A stretch of 64,000 bases of DNA, from assembly GCF_964188315.1 (NCBI RefSeq), contig NC_135656.1:106826001-106890000 (forward strand). Reading direction: 5' to 3'. Under the pieces are notes generated by a model. That model was not told the origin of the DNA. It did not search any database and saw only the letters and a program-made list of their open reading frames with translations. This DNA is from Podarcis muralis. Lineage: Eukaryota. The translations under genes were made by a program, and so were the position numbers. Numbering within the stretch: the first letter of the stretch is position 1; every line of letters begins with the position of its first letter. Below are positions 1-13,260 of the stretch, in pieces.

Positions 1-25
1 GCGTATGTAACCTGAGGTACCACTG
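1..25. mobile_element. End of a Tc1/mariner (Tigger-like) MITE
   Basis: ...aacctgaggtaccactg followed by TA. Confidence 0.7.
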
Positions 26-49
26 TACTTTCTGTTGCCATTCTTCAAT

Positions 50-258
50 TGTCAGAATATCCCTGCTGGCTAAACCCTGTTACCTCTTTAGCTTCCGACA
101 CCTCCTCCTCCTCCTCCTCCCGGTCTGCTCCCTCTGGCCACTCATCGTCGTCCCACCACCAATCCCCGGGCTCTGAGCCTTCTTCCCCTGGGGGTTCCCA
201 TGAGGGTCCCCCAGCTGCTGCCTCCCACCACTTCTCAGCATCCAGCCAGTCATTGACA
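50..258 (-). mobile_element. Short LTR-like repeat
   Basis: tgtca...tgaca termini; recognised as a common lacertid repeat; no TSD. Confidence 0.35.
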
Positions 259-1843
259 CCCTGGAACAGCATGCAGGGGGAAGAGAGGAGGATTGTGTAG
301 AACCAAACGGTGAATATTTGTTCCTTAAGGCCTGTAAAGGCCATCTTGGTAGTCAAGAGAACCCCAAGACTAATTAGTATTTGATGCAAGAATGAGCTCA
401 CTATGTTTATCTGTTTGCTTTGATATATGCTAATTGGCCTGCTTTGATGCCACGCTTATCTCTGTTGTCTTGGCACGCTTGGCTATTGGCCTAGGAAGAG
501 GAGACAGAGTTCGATGCCTGCCACCTGTGGACCGAGGGGAGATTCTGGCCAATGGGAGATTATGGTGTTTTTGTCAGTTTCCATTTCTTTGTACAGAAAG
601 TATTGATCTGATATGTAGATATTTTTCCTATTCTGAATAGTTCTGATTATAAACTCTTTTAAGTGTAAGTTTTATTGTTTTTTGCTGCAAGTGAATTTTT
701 ATGGACTGTGCCAATCCTGATTACACTGGATTTGTGACCATTTATGCTCATTTGCCTTCAGTAGAAAGTAAAGCTCTGCTGGATGAAGTACAATCGCCTC
801 TGGTCTGTTTTTTGGAAACTCTGCTACATGTTTAAGATTTCTCCTGCTCCCCCTTCATTGGCGACAGTTTTCTGTACAGGTAATGCATAAAATGTTTGCC
901 CAGGAGTAGAGAGTCATGACAGACACTTGCTGTTTCTGTGTTTGCCCCAGCAGCGTAACTTCTACAATAGCCAACCAGGGTGTGTGGGGTGAGCTGTGGG
1001 GTGGAGCTGCAGCCTGCTCGCACCACTGGATCCCAGCCTCGGAGAGGGGCATCCCTCTGGCATTTCTGGCCTCCTTCTTTGGTACCCCTGCATCAAACCA
1101 CTTGCAAAGGTGTTATGTATTCCATGGTCTGTGTTTGCCTGAGCTTGAGTCCGGACCAGGCACCCCCAACCTTCGGCCCTCCAGATGTTTTGGACTACAA
1201 TTCCCATCATCCCCGACCACTGGTCCTGTTAGCTAGGGATCATGGGAGTTGTAGGCCAAAACATCTGGAGGGCCGCAGGTTGGGGGTGCCTGGTCTGGAC
1301 TAAGGATTCTGAGCCCCTGTGTTCTGATTTGATACATGATATCCAATCACAGTACATATTCAGTATTTGGGCTTATGCCATTGGCCCTCAAACTCTGAGT
1401 CATGATTCGCAGCTTGGAAGTTTAGATAGCCAATCATGTTGGGAGTGGGAGTGGCCCAGGCCTTCAGAAATGTATATAAGAAGTTGCTTTGCCCGTTGTC
1501 CAGTTCTGTTAGTTCAACAAAGGTTCTTGCTGTTATCACTGTTTCTTGCCTCATGGGAACCCGCCTACACTTCAACAGGCACCTCCTTTGGGCCTGTGGA
1601 TCAGGGCAAGGCTCGTTCCATCTGGCAAACCTAAGCACTTGTCCTGATGGAAGGATCGCCTTGGTGTAGGACATTCTGGTTTTCTAGTTGCCACTCCATC
1701 CTGCTGCATCTACTGCCATATAGATGTAGGAGTCACAAACGCTTTTTAAAAGGATTCTTCTGCTGCAGTTCCTGACAACTGACTTCTGTGTATAGCAGAA
1801 GCATAGCGGCAGCTGTCTGGAGAAGGGCTGGAAGCCCGCAGAG

Positions 1844-2356
1844 CATAGCTGTCAACTTACAGATTTAAAAATAAGGGACCAGCAGCCTCGAAAATAAGGG
1901 ACCAGCAGCCAAAATAAGGGACTTTAGTCAACCAGCTCCCGAGCCAAAGGCAGAAAGCCCAGCCAGCCCAGCAGCCAAATGAAGCCTCAAGTGGTGGTTC
2001 CCACAGCGCAGCAAACCAGCAAAGGGAGTGCAGCAAGGAAAACCACACCGTCACCTCTCCGCTGGGAAGCGCTGAGCAAAGGCGAGTCCCCAGGCAACAC
2101 AGCCGATTTGATTGGCACAAGGCATGCAAGCTCCACCCCCCAGTTGTTCTTAGACTCCTTATTGGGTGAGCAACGCAGCCAAGCAACACAGTTGGAGCCT
2201 CCCTCCTCCCTGGCCGGCAGGGAGGGAGGGAGGGAGAGGAGCTGCTTCCTTTGAAACCCGGGAAATTTAAGAGACATCATCAATAAGGGAAAGCAACGGG
2301 ACACAGCGCTGGGATAAGGGAGTTTCCCGCCAAATAAGGGACGGTTGACAGCTATG
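1844..2356. mobile_element. hAT-like MITE (CATAGCTGTCAAC TIR)
   Basis: 13-bp perfect TIRs, internal aataagggac repeats; TSD degenerate. Confidence 0.7.
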
Positions 2357-3285
2357 CCACAGCTATGCTGTTTAGTCCACAGCCACAACACCGCCACCAA
2401 TGCTCATACCAGAATTGTCCACCATTTGTGGACTGGTGGTTCGGATTTGATAGGTAAAAGACAGGGTGCAGCAGCAGGAGAGAAACAGCAACTCTATTGG
2501 AAAAGGGGTGGGATGCTGGCAAAAATTAGAGAAAAGACAAAAATGCTTTTTGACTGTATATGTTTAAAATGTTGAAAGTTAATAAAATTAAAGTGTATCA
2601 CACAGTGATCTTTCTCATGATCGTGATGATGTCCTTAGTACAGTATGCTATGTATAGAAAGAGACCACAGCCCAGGTTTCTGGGCTACAGCCATCCTCAG
2701 TGAGGAATTCTGCAGCCTTTAAATAGGTCAAAGAAACTGCTTGGCATGGGAACATTAGGTTCAACTTGAGAACGGTGGCAAACAGAAAAATCAAGGCTTA
2801 AAAATCAACACCACAGAGCACAGCTTTTCTGCAAAGCAATTTTCAAGTGACGGGGGTGAGGGGGAGTATTTTTCTTCCCTCCCCCCAACACAGAAATCAG
2901 AAAATATTGTTTCTGAATCGAAAGAAACTCAGTCCTGTTTTAATTCAATTTGTTGTGGATGTCAGGGCGACCTACATTCTTCCTAACTCCCTGGCTCCTC
3001 TGCTTTTGACAGCTGCTCGATCCGCAGATGTTAGCAAGTGATAATGCTTCAGTTTGTGCTGTAAAAAGCTTCACCTGCAACTCTCAGCACCCTTAATGAA
3101 GAGTTGTTAGGAGATCTCCGCCTCCATGACCTACAATCTCCAGAGTGGCTTAACAATCAATCCTTCTTCCCAAGGAACTCTGGGAATTGTAGTGTGTGAG
3201 GGGAATAGCAGTCTCCTAACGACTCTTAGCACCCATAACAGACTATAGCTCCCAGAATTCTTTGGGGGAAGCTATGACTGTTTGA

Positions 3286-3651
3286 GATGTGGGTGGCGCT
3301 GTGGTGTAAACCACTGAGCCTTGGGCTTGCTGATCGGAAGGTTGGCGGTTTGAATCCACCCAATGGGGGTGAGCTCCCGTTGCTCGGTCCCTGCTCCTGC
3401 CAACCTAGCAGTTTGAAAGCACACCAGTGCAAGTAGATAAATAGGTACTGCTGCGGCGAGAAGATAAATGGCATTTCCGTGCGCTGCTCTGGGTTCACCA
3501 GAAGTGGCTTAGTCATGCTGGCCACATGACCCGGAAAAACTGTCTGCGGACAAACGTCAACTCCCTCAGCCAGTAAAGCAAGATGAGCACCGCAACCCCA
3601 GAGTCGTTCGCAACTGGACTTAACAGTCAGGGGTCCGTTACTTTACCTTTT
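3286..3651 (+). mobile_element. Sauria SINE
   Basis: tRNA-like head (gtggcgctgtgg...ggtttgaatcc), body, tttacct tail; TSD tatgactgtttga. Confidence 0.85.
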
Positions 3652-4008
3652 TATGACTGTTTGAAGTGGCATCATGGTGCTTTAAAAGTGTGGCATGAAT
3701 GTGGCCTAGGAGACCACCCTAAATGTCAATATTCTGGTCAAATCCAGCACTGTCAAGGCAGAGATAACATGGCTTTTACTTTCCTTGAGGAAAGCACCTT
3801 CCTGAGGTGAGGTTTCTAAGTACTTGATCAAGAAAGTACAACAGGTCAAGTTCTGCAAGTGTGCACACATCCATACATCTATCGTGGTGCAGTTTGTCAG
3901 ATAATTTATAAGCGATGCTGGTGACTATTATCACCAGCATCACTTATAAATTATCTGGCTTTGCACAAAGGTTATGGGATACATGCGTAATTTATTTGAA
4001 AGTCTTAC

Positions 4009-4239
4009 CTTGAGGAAATCAAGCACTGGCTCTTGGATTTTGTCTTCCAGGTCAGCAATGAGCTTGTTGAGGAGAGAAATCTCCTTGGAGAGCTCAGTGA
4101 TGTTCTCGTTCTGCCTCTTGGTGATGCCCTTCTCCATCTTGTCCAGCTGACCCAGAAGAAGCTGCTCTTGTTCATGCAGAAACTGGCGCATCCCTTCAAA
4201 TTCAGAGAGGACCTTCTGTCTCTCAGTCTCTATAGTTTT
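4009..4239 (-). CDS. TRIM-A exon 3 (231 bp, coiled-coil): KTIETERQKVLSEFEGMRQFLHEQEQ...EPVLDFLK
   Basis: Acceptor ctttaag|AAA, donor AAG|gtaaga, phase 0-0, 77 codons, the canonical 231-bp TRIM coiled-coil exon; ORF track 3940..4191 overlaps. Confidence 0.9.
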
Positions 4240-6681
4240 CTTAAAGAAACAAAACCAAGATTGCGCGTAAGCACAACTTTGGCCAACTAACGTCAGAATG
4301 GTGTCAATAAAAGGGCCCTTCAGAATGGTGGTTTTGGGGGTTTTGGTTTGGCCGCTTGCCTCTTATAGATTCTAACCTCATCTACACAGGATCACAGGTT
4401 TGTAAGGGACCCCTGGGTGTCATCCAGACTGACCCCCTAAAACCTGTAACCTGTAGCCTCTCCTTAAATTACAAGTGAGGGCATCTACTGTCGTGTTTGG
4501 GGATGGCAGCCAGACCTGCACTTTCCAATACATGCTGCCATCACTTTCCTTATTGCAAAAAGCATTATGGGATGTGGGCTAGTTGCTTACAAGCTCCAAA
4601 TCCACTTTAATCGTGTAACCTGAATTTGCCAGTATGTGATTTGAATCCTGCCCCCAAAAAGATCCAGGAAGCATCTTTTCGCTTCCACAAAGGCTGTAGA
4701 GGGTGAGTAAATGATAAATAAGTCCAAACAATAGATGGCAGCAGAGGATAAGGAACAGAGTTATAATTTGCAAAAATAACAAGGGACACTCCTAACCTTT
4801 CACCTAGTTTGTCATCCGCTCTATAAATTTGTGTTCTGGGTCTGTTATGAGTTGAAACTGCTTTAACCAGCCACGTAACCAAGGTGCCTGCCCATCAATT
4901 GGCACACAGAACAGAGGTCTTTGGCTGTGAACCTGTTGCTGTGGAACTCATCCAGATACCCCTTGTATTCTACTGTCATGTAACCCAGAAGCACATTTAT
5001 AGTCTCTCTTTTGAGTGAGGATGTAGCCAAAGACCTCTGTTCTCTGTGTAGCAATGCTTGACTGCGGGATTTCAAATTCAAATTCAAAATTTTCAAATTC
5101 TTGTCATGCTCTGCACCTTCAAGAGGAGCTACATGGGCAGACATGGGCAGTGCATGATAATGCTTGTCTTTGTGTGGCATCTGAATATAGACTGCATTTT
5201 TAATCAAGGTCTATATTGACTTATATTTTGATCAGGTTCATAAAGTCTAAAATGGGCTTAAATTCACAAATGTTTCATGCCAGGCAGAGAAAATCTTGGC
5301 CATTCTCCTAAGACAAGGGGCCCCCCTTGATTTATAGCAGAAAACAATTCTCAAAGTCGTAAAAGCTGAAATTACAGGCTGAGAACGGACACTGACCCTA
5401 CATGTTACAGAAGATAACAAAGGCAGAGATAAATATAATTAGGAATGAGTAAATAGTAAAATGATACTATGGGCCTCTCTTAAACCTTGAGCTGTATTTT
5501 CTAAGGCCAAGAGCAATGGAGAAGCATCTAGCTGGCAGAAAAAGAGCATTTCTGGGAAGTCTTTTTTTAAAGGCAGTTTCTTTCTTAAACTGAGAGAGTT
5601 AAAAAGAGCAATAAATGTTGGGAAAGGCAACTGGCTTGGCTGGGGAAGAAGAAGCTTCTTCCTATTTTATTTTGAGGCTGGAAAGGAGGGTGAAAAGGGG
5701 GGGTGAACTGAAGAGGTTTCTTTTAAAAGCTGTTTTTTACTGAGTTCCTTAATTTCTACTTTGAGAAGCTTTATTCTTTTAAAAGGTTACCTATGATAAT
5801 GTATGAAATATATTAGCTTAAATATATTGGCTTAAATGTAATTATGCAAAGGATTTAAGAAATGCTAGATTCTTATTTCATATAGTTGTAAGAGTTGTAT
5901 TTATCCTGAAATTAAGTCAGTCACCAGCCTAGCCCCCTGCTAGACAGGAAGACGCCATCTGGGCGCTCCTGATATATGGTTGTCAGACATTTGTTTAGAA
6001 ACCTTCAAAATGAAGGAGATCTTTCAATGTTGATGTGAAACTCAAGATCCTTGACATATGTTTAAGATAAAAATTTAAGATTAACCATTTGTTTTAGAAG
6101 GCAATAGGGCGAAGAGGGCAAGAGGTGAGCTGGTAATTAATATTCCTTGTTGAGACACATGTAAGATATATTACTACTTATTTGTCATTTATAGATGTAA
6201 CAATATATAGCTCTTTGTGCTCCATATAAGGACAGGAGGATGTGGGTGTATCTTTTAGGATTAGTTATAGCAATCAGCCAATAGGAAATCCAACCAGGCT
6301 GGTTGGACAGATGCAGCCACAGGAGGAGCGAAGGGGGCTGGATTAAGGAAATATAAGTGCTGGCCATAATGGCAGGAGGCCAGGCCAGAGCTTGGTAACC
6401 ATATACCACTGTGCCTCTCATTTATTTGTCTGACAAATAAATTATTATTTTAATTTCTCTATTGCTGCGTTGAATATTTCATTCCAGCTAAGCGTTAACC
6501 ACAAGCAGGGTGCTACATTTGCTTTACCAGCTCCACACTTCATCACAATATTAAGCTGTTATGAAAGGCAAAAGGGCAGCCCCCACCCATTCAACCCTTT
6601 TCAGCTCTGTTATATTATACACCCTCATCTGAGTCAATGCTGTACCCATTTGCCAGCTTGTAAGTAACAACTGATACCCAC

Positions 6682-6777
6682 CAAAAGGTCTTGGCTTTTC
6701 TTGTCGTCCTGTGTTTTGAATTCCAGAAGCTCCTGTCTCTCTTTCTTCAAGAAATCCAAACGGGCCTGAATTTGTTC
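6682..6777 (-). CDS. TRIM-A exon 2 (96 bp): EQIQARLDFLKKERQELLEFKTQDDKKSQDLL
   Basis: Acceptor tcttag|GAA, donor TTG|gtgggt, phase 0-0, canonical 96-bp TRIM exon. Confidence 0.88.
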
Positions 6778-7268
6778 CTAAGATCCAAAAACATAAAATT
6801 GATATATATTAAAGTTCCTGCATTTTTCGTGTACTTTGGGATCTGTTCTGCAGGAGAAAGAGCAATCCATACCTGGAACCACAAAACAAGTTTTATACTG
6901 ATAACTGAGAGATAAAGTTAAAGGTAGTCAGTTGGTCCCATCGCATATTTTTGCTGCATCAGGCTGCAGTTCACCATCCATATAAAAATGGCATGCGTTT
7001 TGAATGCAGAATATTACAAGGTTAACATCCAGTTGGTAGAGGTGGGAAAGACCTGCTTCCTGAGAAAGACTCTGGCTATATATATATGGCCATAATGAAG
7101 GGGCATATTGCAATATTGTTCTATATTATCCCAAAGGGGGGAGGTTTCTACACCAGCCAGCAGGACAGGGTTTTTTCTGTTGCTTAAATGTTACAGTGCA
7201 AATGGGCCTCTCGCTGGAATGTCTGGTTGGGCGGGTAGAGATAAAGAACAAGGTTGAATGGATTTTAT

Positions 7269-7565
7269 TGTAACCCCAGGAGGAGGGAGATTGCAGGAAA
7301 GAGGGAGGGAGGCCAAAGACCTTACATGGTAATAGGAACTTACTGTAAGTTTCGGTTTACAAGAAATCAGGTGATTTACAAGAAATCAGGTGGTATTCTA
7401 TTCTGCAAATCTATAAAAAGGGGGCGCACCCTGACTGGGTGTGCAGGTTGCTTATCGCCCTGTACCTTTGTTCTGCATATATGCACTTCAAATAAAATCC
7501 TGTTAATAACCTGCAAGGACGTTTTGCCACTTTGTGTGAACCTGTGCTCCGGGGACCCATTAGCA
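7269..7565 (+). mobile_element. Putative solo LTR
   Basis: TG...CA ends, ctataaaa TATA, AATAAA; no TSD found. Confidence 0.35.
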
Positions 7566-8052
7566 GATGTGGCTGGTCCTTCAATAATGGACAATGGTCT
7601 GTCTCACTTTAAGGCAGGGTCCAATGCTACTAATGAGAAGGAGTTGCATTAAGTGGGAATCCAGGCACAGAAATCTTGGAGGGACAGTTATGCAGAAGGC
7701 TTAACCTCCGGAATTGCTGCTTCTCAAGCAACTACGCCATTCTGTTTATTTACTGCATTTTTATCCCAGCTTTCTTCCAGGGGGCTCAAGCTGCTCTGCA
7801 ATAATTCCACCCACCTTATCCTTATAAAACAGCCCTGTGAAATAGAGTAGGCCGAGAGATTGTGATAGGCACCCATTTGGGCTCCATGGTGAGTGAGGAA
7901 TTGAACCAGGATCTCTCCAGTCTGATAAAAGTGGGAAATCCTATTGGCAAAAGGAACGTCAGGTGATGCAGAATTCATTGGACCTGCAGGACCACGTCAT
8001 TCCTGACAGCAACTTGTATATTTGCAGGGATTTGAGTAGGTGTGTGTGTGCA

Positions 8053-8330
8053 CTCCAATACTTTGGCCAAGGCTCCAATACTTTGGCCAAGGCTCCAATA
8101 CTTTGGCCACCTCATGAGAAGAGAAGACTCCCTGGAAAATACCCTGATGCTGGGGAAGATGGAGGGCACAAGGAGAAGGGGACGACAGAGGACGAGGTGG
8201 TTGGATAGTGTCTTCGAAGCTACCAGCATGAGTTTGACCAAACTGTGGGAGGCGGTGGAAGACAGGAGTGCCTGGCGTGCTCTGGTCCATGGGGTCATAA
8301 AGAGTCGGACACAACTAAATGACTCAACAA
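8053..8330 (+). mobile_element. BovB (RTE LINE) 3' fragment
   Basis: Encodes LQYFGHLMRREDSLENTLMLGKMEGTRRRGRQRTRWLD..., the BovB ORF C-terminus; (caa)n tail. Confidence 0.85.
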
Positions 8331-8362
8331 CAAGTGTGTGCGTGTGTGCGCACACATGCACG

Positions 8363-8767
8363 CAGGGCCAGATTTAGGTTTGATGAGGCCCTAAGCTACT
8401 GAAGGTAATGGGGCCCTTTATATGCCCAGCTGTCCTTTGTCAACAACAAATTGTCACTGTTTTTTGTGTTGAATATATGCTATCTGGTAACTGATGGACC
8501 TAATAGGTATCTAAAGCCATTTGCACATGTTGCCATTTCACCAGTCTATGCAGAATGTAGGCACCCTATATACAGAAATGAGCAAACCAGTGATATTTTA
8601 GGGAGCAGGCTAGCAGGCGGGACCCGTGACTTACATCCTAAGTAGGTCAGTAGGTTTTATTTTATTTGTTTTTTATCTTATATTTTGGAAATGTACATCC
8701 AGTGGGTTTCCCCACCTTTAAATTCTTTTGGGGGCTATAGCTTGTTTAGCTTATACGTAATTCTGGC

Positions 8768-8771
<4 letters not shown>
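8363..8771. mobile_element. hAT-like MITE (CAG[G/T]GCCGGATTTA TIR)
   Basis: TIRs; homologous to the 48389, 58927 and 61260 copies. Confidence 0.72.
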
Positions 8772-8799
<28 letters not shown>

Positions 8800-8806
<7 letters not shown>

Positions 8807-9060
8807 TTGTGGGTGAACATATCAGATGACACAGCGGTTCTTCAAACAGCTCTTTATTTGTAAGCTGGAACAGAACTGAACTGAAGGGTTCAGCCAGCCT
8901 ACTTATATAGAGCTCCAGGATAACGTAACTGTAACCACTTTCTGTAACTATCCAATCACTGAACGTCACTTTCGATCCCTTATTTGCATATGTGGACCTG
9001 AGTAAAAACTATCTACAGTATCCCCCTGCTGGCCCAGTGTGAGAACTTCAGTACATAACA
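8800..9060 (-). mobile_element. Solo LTR (Gypsy-like)
   Basis: On -: TGTTATG...TTCACA termini, CCAAT-box (gattgg), ctatataag TATA, AATAAA; TSD obscured by a (TG)n repeat. Confidence 0.65.
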
Positions 9061-9138
9061 CCCCTCCCCACCGAGATAAGGCATTAGTTACAATCGTAAT
9101 GGTTTCCTTTATACAGCACTACACGTAATGGTACATAA

Positions 9139-9174
<36 letters not shown>

Positions 9175-9601
9175 AGTTGCAACTGGCAGTGCCCATTAGG
9201 TTTGCCAGGTGTTTCATGCCAGCGATCCTGCCTCCACTCAGAAGCTGAAAGCAGAGAAAGGCGATGCTTTTGCCTTGCTGTTCCACCTGGCAGCACGAAT
9301 ACCCACATGGCAAGGATTTATTACACCTCCCATGTTTAATTTCTAAAATTAGATGCTTCTGGACTCAGATCTGGCTCAAAGCTGCAGTCTCAGACTTGGA
9401 GGAAGGGGAAACAATTCTCACGTAGGCCACTGTCACAATGATGATTGACAAGGGAGATGCAGTCCACAGTTGGCTCTGTGTTATTTCACATGCTTAATGC
9501 TGATGGATACTGAACAAAGGTTATGAGGTTCAAACCAAGTGATCCCTGGCTTGGATTCAGTCCTGCTTACCGTTTTAATGCGCTGACCTACAATAGACAT
9601 C

Positions 9602-9958
9602 GGGGACGCGGGTGGCGCTGTGGGTAAAAGCCACAGCGCCTAGGGCTTGCCGATCGAAAGGTCAGCGGTTCGAATCCCCGCGGCGGGGTGCGCTCCCGTT
9701 GCTCGGTCCCAGCGCCTGCCAACCTAGCAGTTCGAAAGCACCCCCGGGTGCAAGTAGATAAATAGGGACCGCTTTCTAGCAGAAAGGTAAACGGCGTTCC
9801 GTGTGCGGCTCTGGCTTGCCAGAGCAGCGATGTCATGCTGGCCACGTGACCCAGAAGTGTCTCCGAACAGCGCTGGCCCCCGGCCTCTTGAGTGAGATGG
9901 GCGCACAACCCTAGAGTCTGTCAAGACTGGCCCGTACGGGCAGGGGTACCTTTACCTA
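9602..9958 (+). mobile_element. Sauria SINE (variant subfamily)
   Basis: Full head and tail; 13-bp TSD tacaatagacatc. Confidence 0.88.
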
Positions 9959-10870
9959 TACAATAGACATCAAGGAGTATTAAAAGGAGGGTCATCTTCT
10001 CAATGTGCTCAGGCATGGAGAGATGATGACTAATGTGCAGCCATGTTTTAAGGTTGCCTCCAGACTGACTGCATTTTGCAAGAAATGTAGGTTTGCACAG
10101 TTAAAGCGGTCTGCCAGCCTTGTGCAACTAACCTACTTAAAAAAACAACAACAGACTTTTTGCAGTTAGGAAAGTGATGGGGGAATGCATTGAAAAAACG
10201 TGGGGTGAAGCTGTACATGTACACCTGCACAAGCAAATCAAGATGAATTGTCATCGTTGGAACCACCTTTCCTGCAAATAAATCAGAACGAATGCTCAGT
10301 AAAGATCAGACCTAGTCTAACCTCTATGTAAGCCTCAATAAACAGGTCATTTAGAGGAGCCCTAAATGTCAATTTGCACTGCTATCTGCATGTCCTGACA
10401 GATCCCTGTTCCTTAGTACCTCCCAGCTTGGCTCCCATTCAGAGCTGGGCCAGGAGGCTTAGCCTTGGTATGTTTGCATTGCCCGTGCTAAGTGATGGCC
10501 CATGTGGACAAGCTCCCAACATTCCTATTAGCAAGTGATACCTGGAACTAACCAGTGATTCATGCATGGAGCGGTAGCTCTTCTAGCTAAATTAACCTGA
10601 AGGCCTAAATATACATTGCCCAGGAGATCTGTAACTTGGCCGCCCAATGTTTGTTTCTTCTTTACATTAATGCAGTTAGCCAGGGGCTCTGATCCAAAAA
10701 TGATCAGAGCAATGGCACGATGGCGTTGGGACCGGCTGTGTTATTCCTGCTTCCACACCATTTTTCAGTGGTGGCTGTGGAATGCCCTCCCCTAGTGAGC
10801 TGTGCCTGTCTCCTTTGTTAACTTTCAGGAGGAATTTGAAAACATTCCCGTTTTCCCAGGCATCTGGTGG

Positions 10871-11204
10871 TCCAGTATACTTGAAGGAGCATCTCCACCT
10901 CCATCATTCTGCCTGGACGCTGAGGTCCAGTGCTGAGGGCCTTCTGGCGGTTCCCTCGCTGCGAGAAGCCAAGTTACAGGGAACCAGGCAGAGGGCCTTC
11001 TCGGTAGTGGCGCCTGCCCTGTGGAACGCCCTCCCACCAGATGTCAAAGAGAAAAATAACTACCAAACTTTTAGAAGATATCTAAAGGCAGCCCTGTTTA
11101 GGGAAGCTTTTAATGTTTAATAGGTTATTGTATTTTAGTGTTTTGTTGGAAGCCGCCCAGAGTGGCTGGGGGGACCCAGCCAGATGGGCGGAGCATAAAT
11201 AATA

Positions 11205-11255
<51 letters not shown>
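10871..11255 (+). mobile_element. L2-clade LINE 3' fragment with (ATT)n tail
   Basis: ORF2 C-terminus RAFSVVAPALWNALPPDV...FRRYLKAALFREAF. Confidence 0.8.
11203..11255. repeat. (ATT)n microsatellite (L2 tail); others at 13220, 30955, 46895, 59515; (TG)n at 8770 and 9141; (GA)n at 23957 and 51957; (TCAA)n at 36652
   Basis: Direct reading. Confidence 0.9.
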
Positions 11256-11257
<2 letters not shown>

Positions 11258-11436
11258 AGAATACTGTTCCTGGCAACCCCAAGGTTATTGGACAGAATAG
11301 TTTTTTACTGTGACTGCTTGTTGGGTTTTTTTTTAATTTAAATTGTTTTTGGAATGTTTTAATCTGTTTTGGAATGTTTTCCTTTGTTTTCCTTTTCTTT
11401 TTGTCTTATTTTAAATTTTATTTTGACAAAGTAATA

Positions 11437-11793
11437 AAGGTAAAGGTACCCCTGCCCGTACGGGCCAGTCTTGACAGACTCTAGGGTTGTGCGCCCATCT
11501 CACTCAAGAGGCCGGGGGCCAGCGCTGTCCGGAGACACTTCCGGGTCACGTGCCAGCGTGACATCGCTGCTCTGGCGAGCCAGAGCCGCACACAGAAACG
11601 CCGTTTACCTTCCCGCTAGTAAGGGGTCCCTATTTATCTACTTGCATCTGGGGGTGCTTTCGAACTGCTAGGTTGGCAGGCGCTGGGACCGAACAACGGG
11701 AGCACACCCCGCCGCGGGGATTCGAACCGCCGACCTTTCGATCGGTAAGCCCTAGGCGCTGAGGCTTTTACCCACAGCGCCACCCACGTCCCG
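11437..11793 (-). mobile_element. Sauria SINE (variant subfamily), inserted in an L1-like 3' region
   Basis: 13-bp TSD tgacaaagtaata. Confidence 0.88.
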
Positions 11794-12125
11794 TGACAAA
11801 GTAATAATCATACATAAATAGGAATAAAAATGTGCACCCCACACCGAGACCATTCCAATGTAATTACCCAACCTCCCAAAATTTCAACACCTCTTGTGAT
11901 GGTTTGACCCCTTTCTGTTTTAACAGTACAAATTCTACAAACACTTTCCATATCTCCTCAGACTCGTTTCTCCTGAATATTCCCCAGCTTACCTTAATGG
12001 CACATGTTAATGTATCGTTAATAGCTGTATCCCACAGCTCTTTATACAATTCTTCCATTTTATTTTCTGCTTGCCCCTTCCACTTCCTAGCTATAATAAT
12101 TCGTGCAGCTGTCAATAAGTGTTGT
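11794..12125 (-). mobile_element. L1/Tx1-clade ORF2 C-terminal fragment
   Basis: TAARIIIARKWK...IWKVFVEFV resembles L1-clade ORF2 ends; A-rich 3' region continues at 11260-11436. Confidence 0.55.
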
Positions 12126-12796
12126 TGTTTTTTTTTAATGTGTATCTGTTTGCCACCCTTGGGAAGGAAAGATAGGAAATAAATTCAATTAAAAACGATT
12201 CACTGATCTATTCTTTGTTTATTACATTTACGTCCAACCTTCCTTCGAACAAAACTAAAAGTGGCATAGCTTTAGTTTGTTTCATTTAGGTCTCACTTTC
12301 TTCCAAAAAGCTCATATTGGCATGTGGTTTGACACAAAAACACACACACACCCTTCAGGTTGCAGCAGTAATTTGGCAGCAACAGACGGAGTGCTGCTGC
12401 CGTCAGTTCCTGCATGTGGGCTTCCCATAAGCAGAGGGAAAATTCTGGTCAAACAGAATGCAGAACAGAATGACCCACCAGGGTTTCTCTCATGTTTGTT
12501 TTAAACTCACAACAGCCATGTAAGGTAGGTAAGACTGAATGGGGGCTGTCCCAAGGTCACCCAGTAAACCCCGTGGCCGAGCGGGGATTCGAATCCACAA
12601 CTCACAAGCCCTATCCCAACACCTGGCTTTAACCTAGGGATGGGGAACCTGGTGTCATTGGACTACAACTCCCATCCTCCATGACCACTGGCCATGCTCT
12701 CTGGGGCTCGTGGGAGTTGTAGGCCATCCCTGCTCTAAGCACCAGATCGCATTAACCCTGGGGTTCCCTTGTAACTTCCCATGACAGAACAACGTA

Positions 12797-13047
12797 CAGT
12801 GGTGCCCCGCAAGACGAATGCCTCGCAAGATGAAAAACTCGCTAGACGAAAGGGTTTTCCGTTTTTTGAGTCGTTCCGCAAGACGAATTTCCCTATGGGC
12901 TTGCTTCGCAAGACAAAACGTCTTGCGAGTTTGTTTCCTTTTTCTTAAAGCCGCTAAGCCACTAATAGCCGTGCTTCGCAAGACGAAAAAACCGCAAGAT
13001 GAAGAGACTCGCGGAACGGATTAATTTCGTCTTGCCAGGCACCACTG
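12797..13047. mobile_element. Tc1/mariner MITE (CAGTGGTGCC family)
   Basis: TIRs cagtggtgcc/ggcaccactg, TA TSD. Confidence 0.82.
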
Positions 13048-13217
13048 TAGCTTCAACAAGATTGCTACGTTATGTGCAGTCAGACCATAGCCCTGATTCG
13101 AATCACTGCCCTTCGCTGAAACTGCTTTCCAACAGCCTTGGGTGCCTATGTAAATTGGGAGCCCTTCACGGCAGCTGTATTAAAAATAAAAAAGGAGACC
13201 CAGCTATAGATTCCCAC

Positions 13218-13218
13218 A

Positions 13219-13260
<42 letters not shown>

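Noticed and set aside
45-401. 118-aa acidic, Trp-rich ORF
   Set aside because: Lies over an LTR-like repeat and a (CCT)n tract; no domain or splice support
11082-11282. Poly-N, poly-L and poly-Y ORFs (also 13146, 59422, 59429, 59496)
   Set aside because: Translations of (ATT)n microsatellite tails
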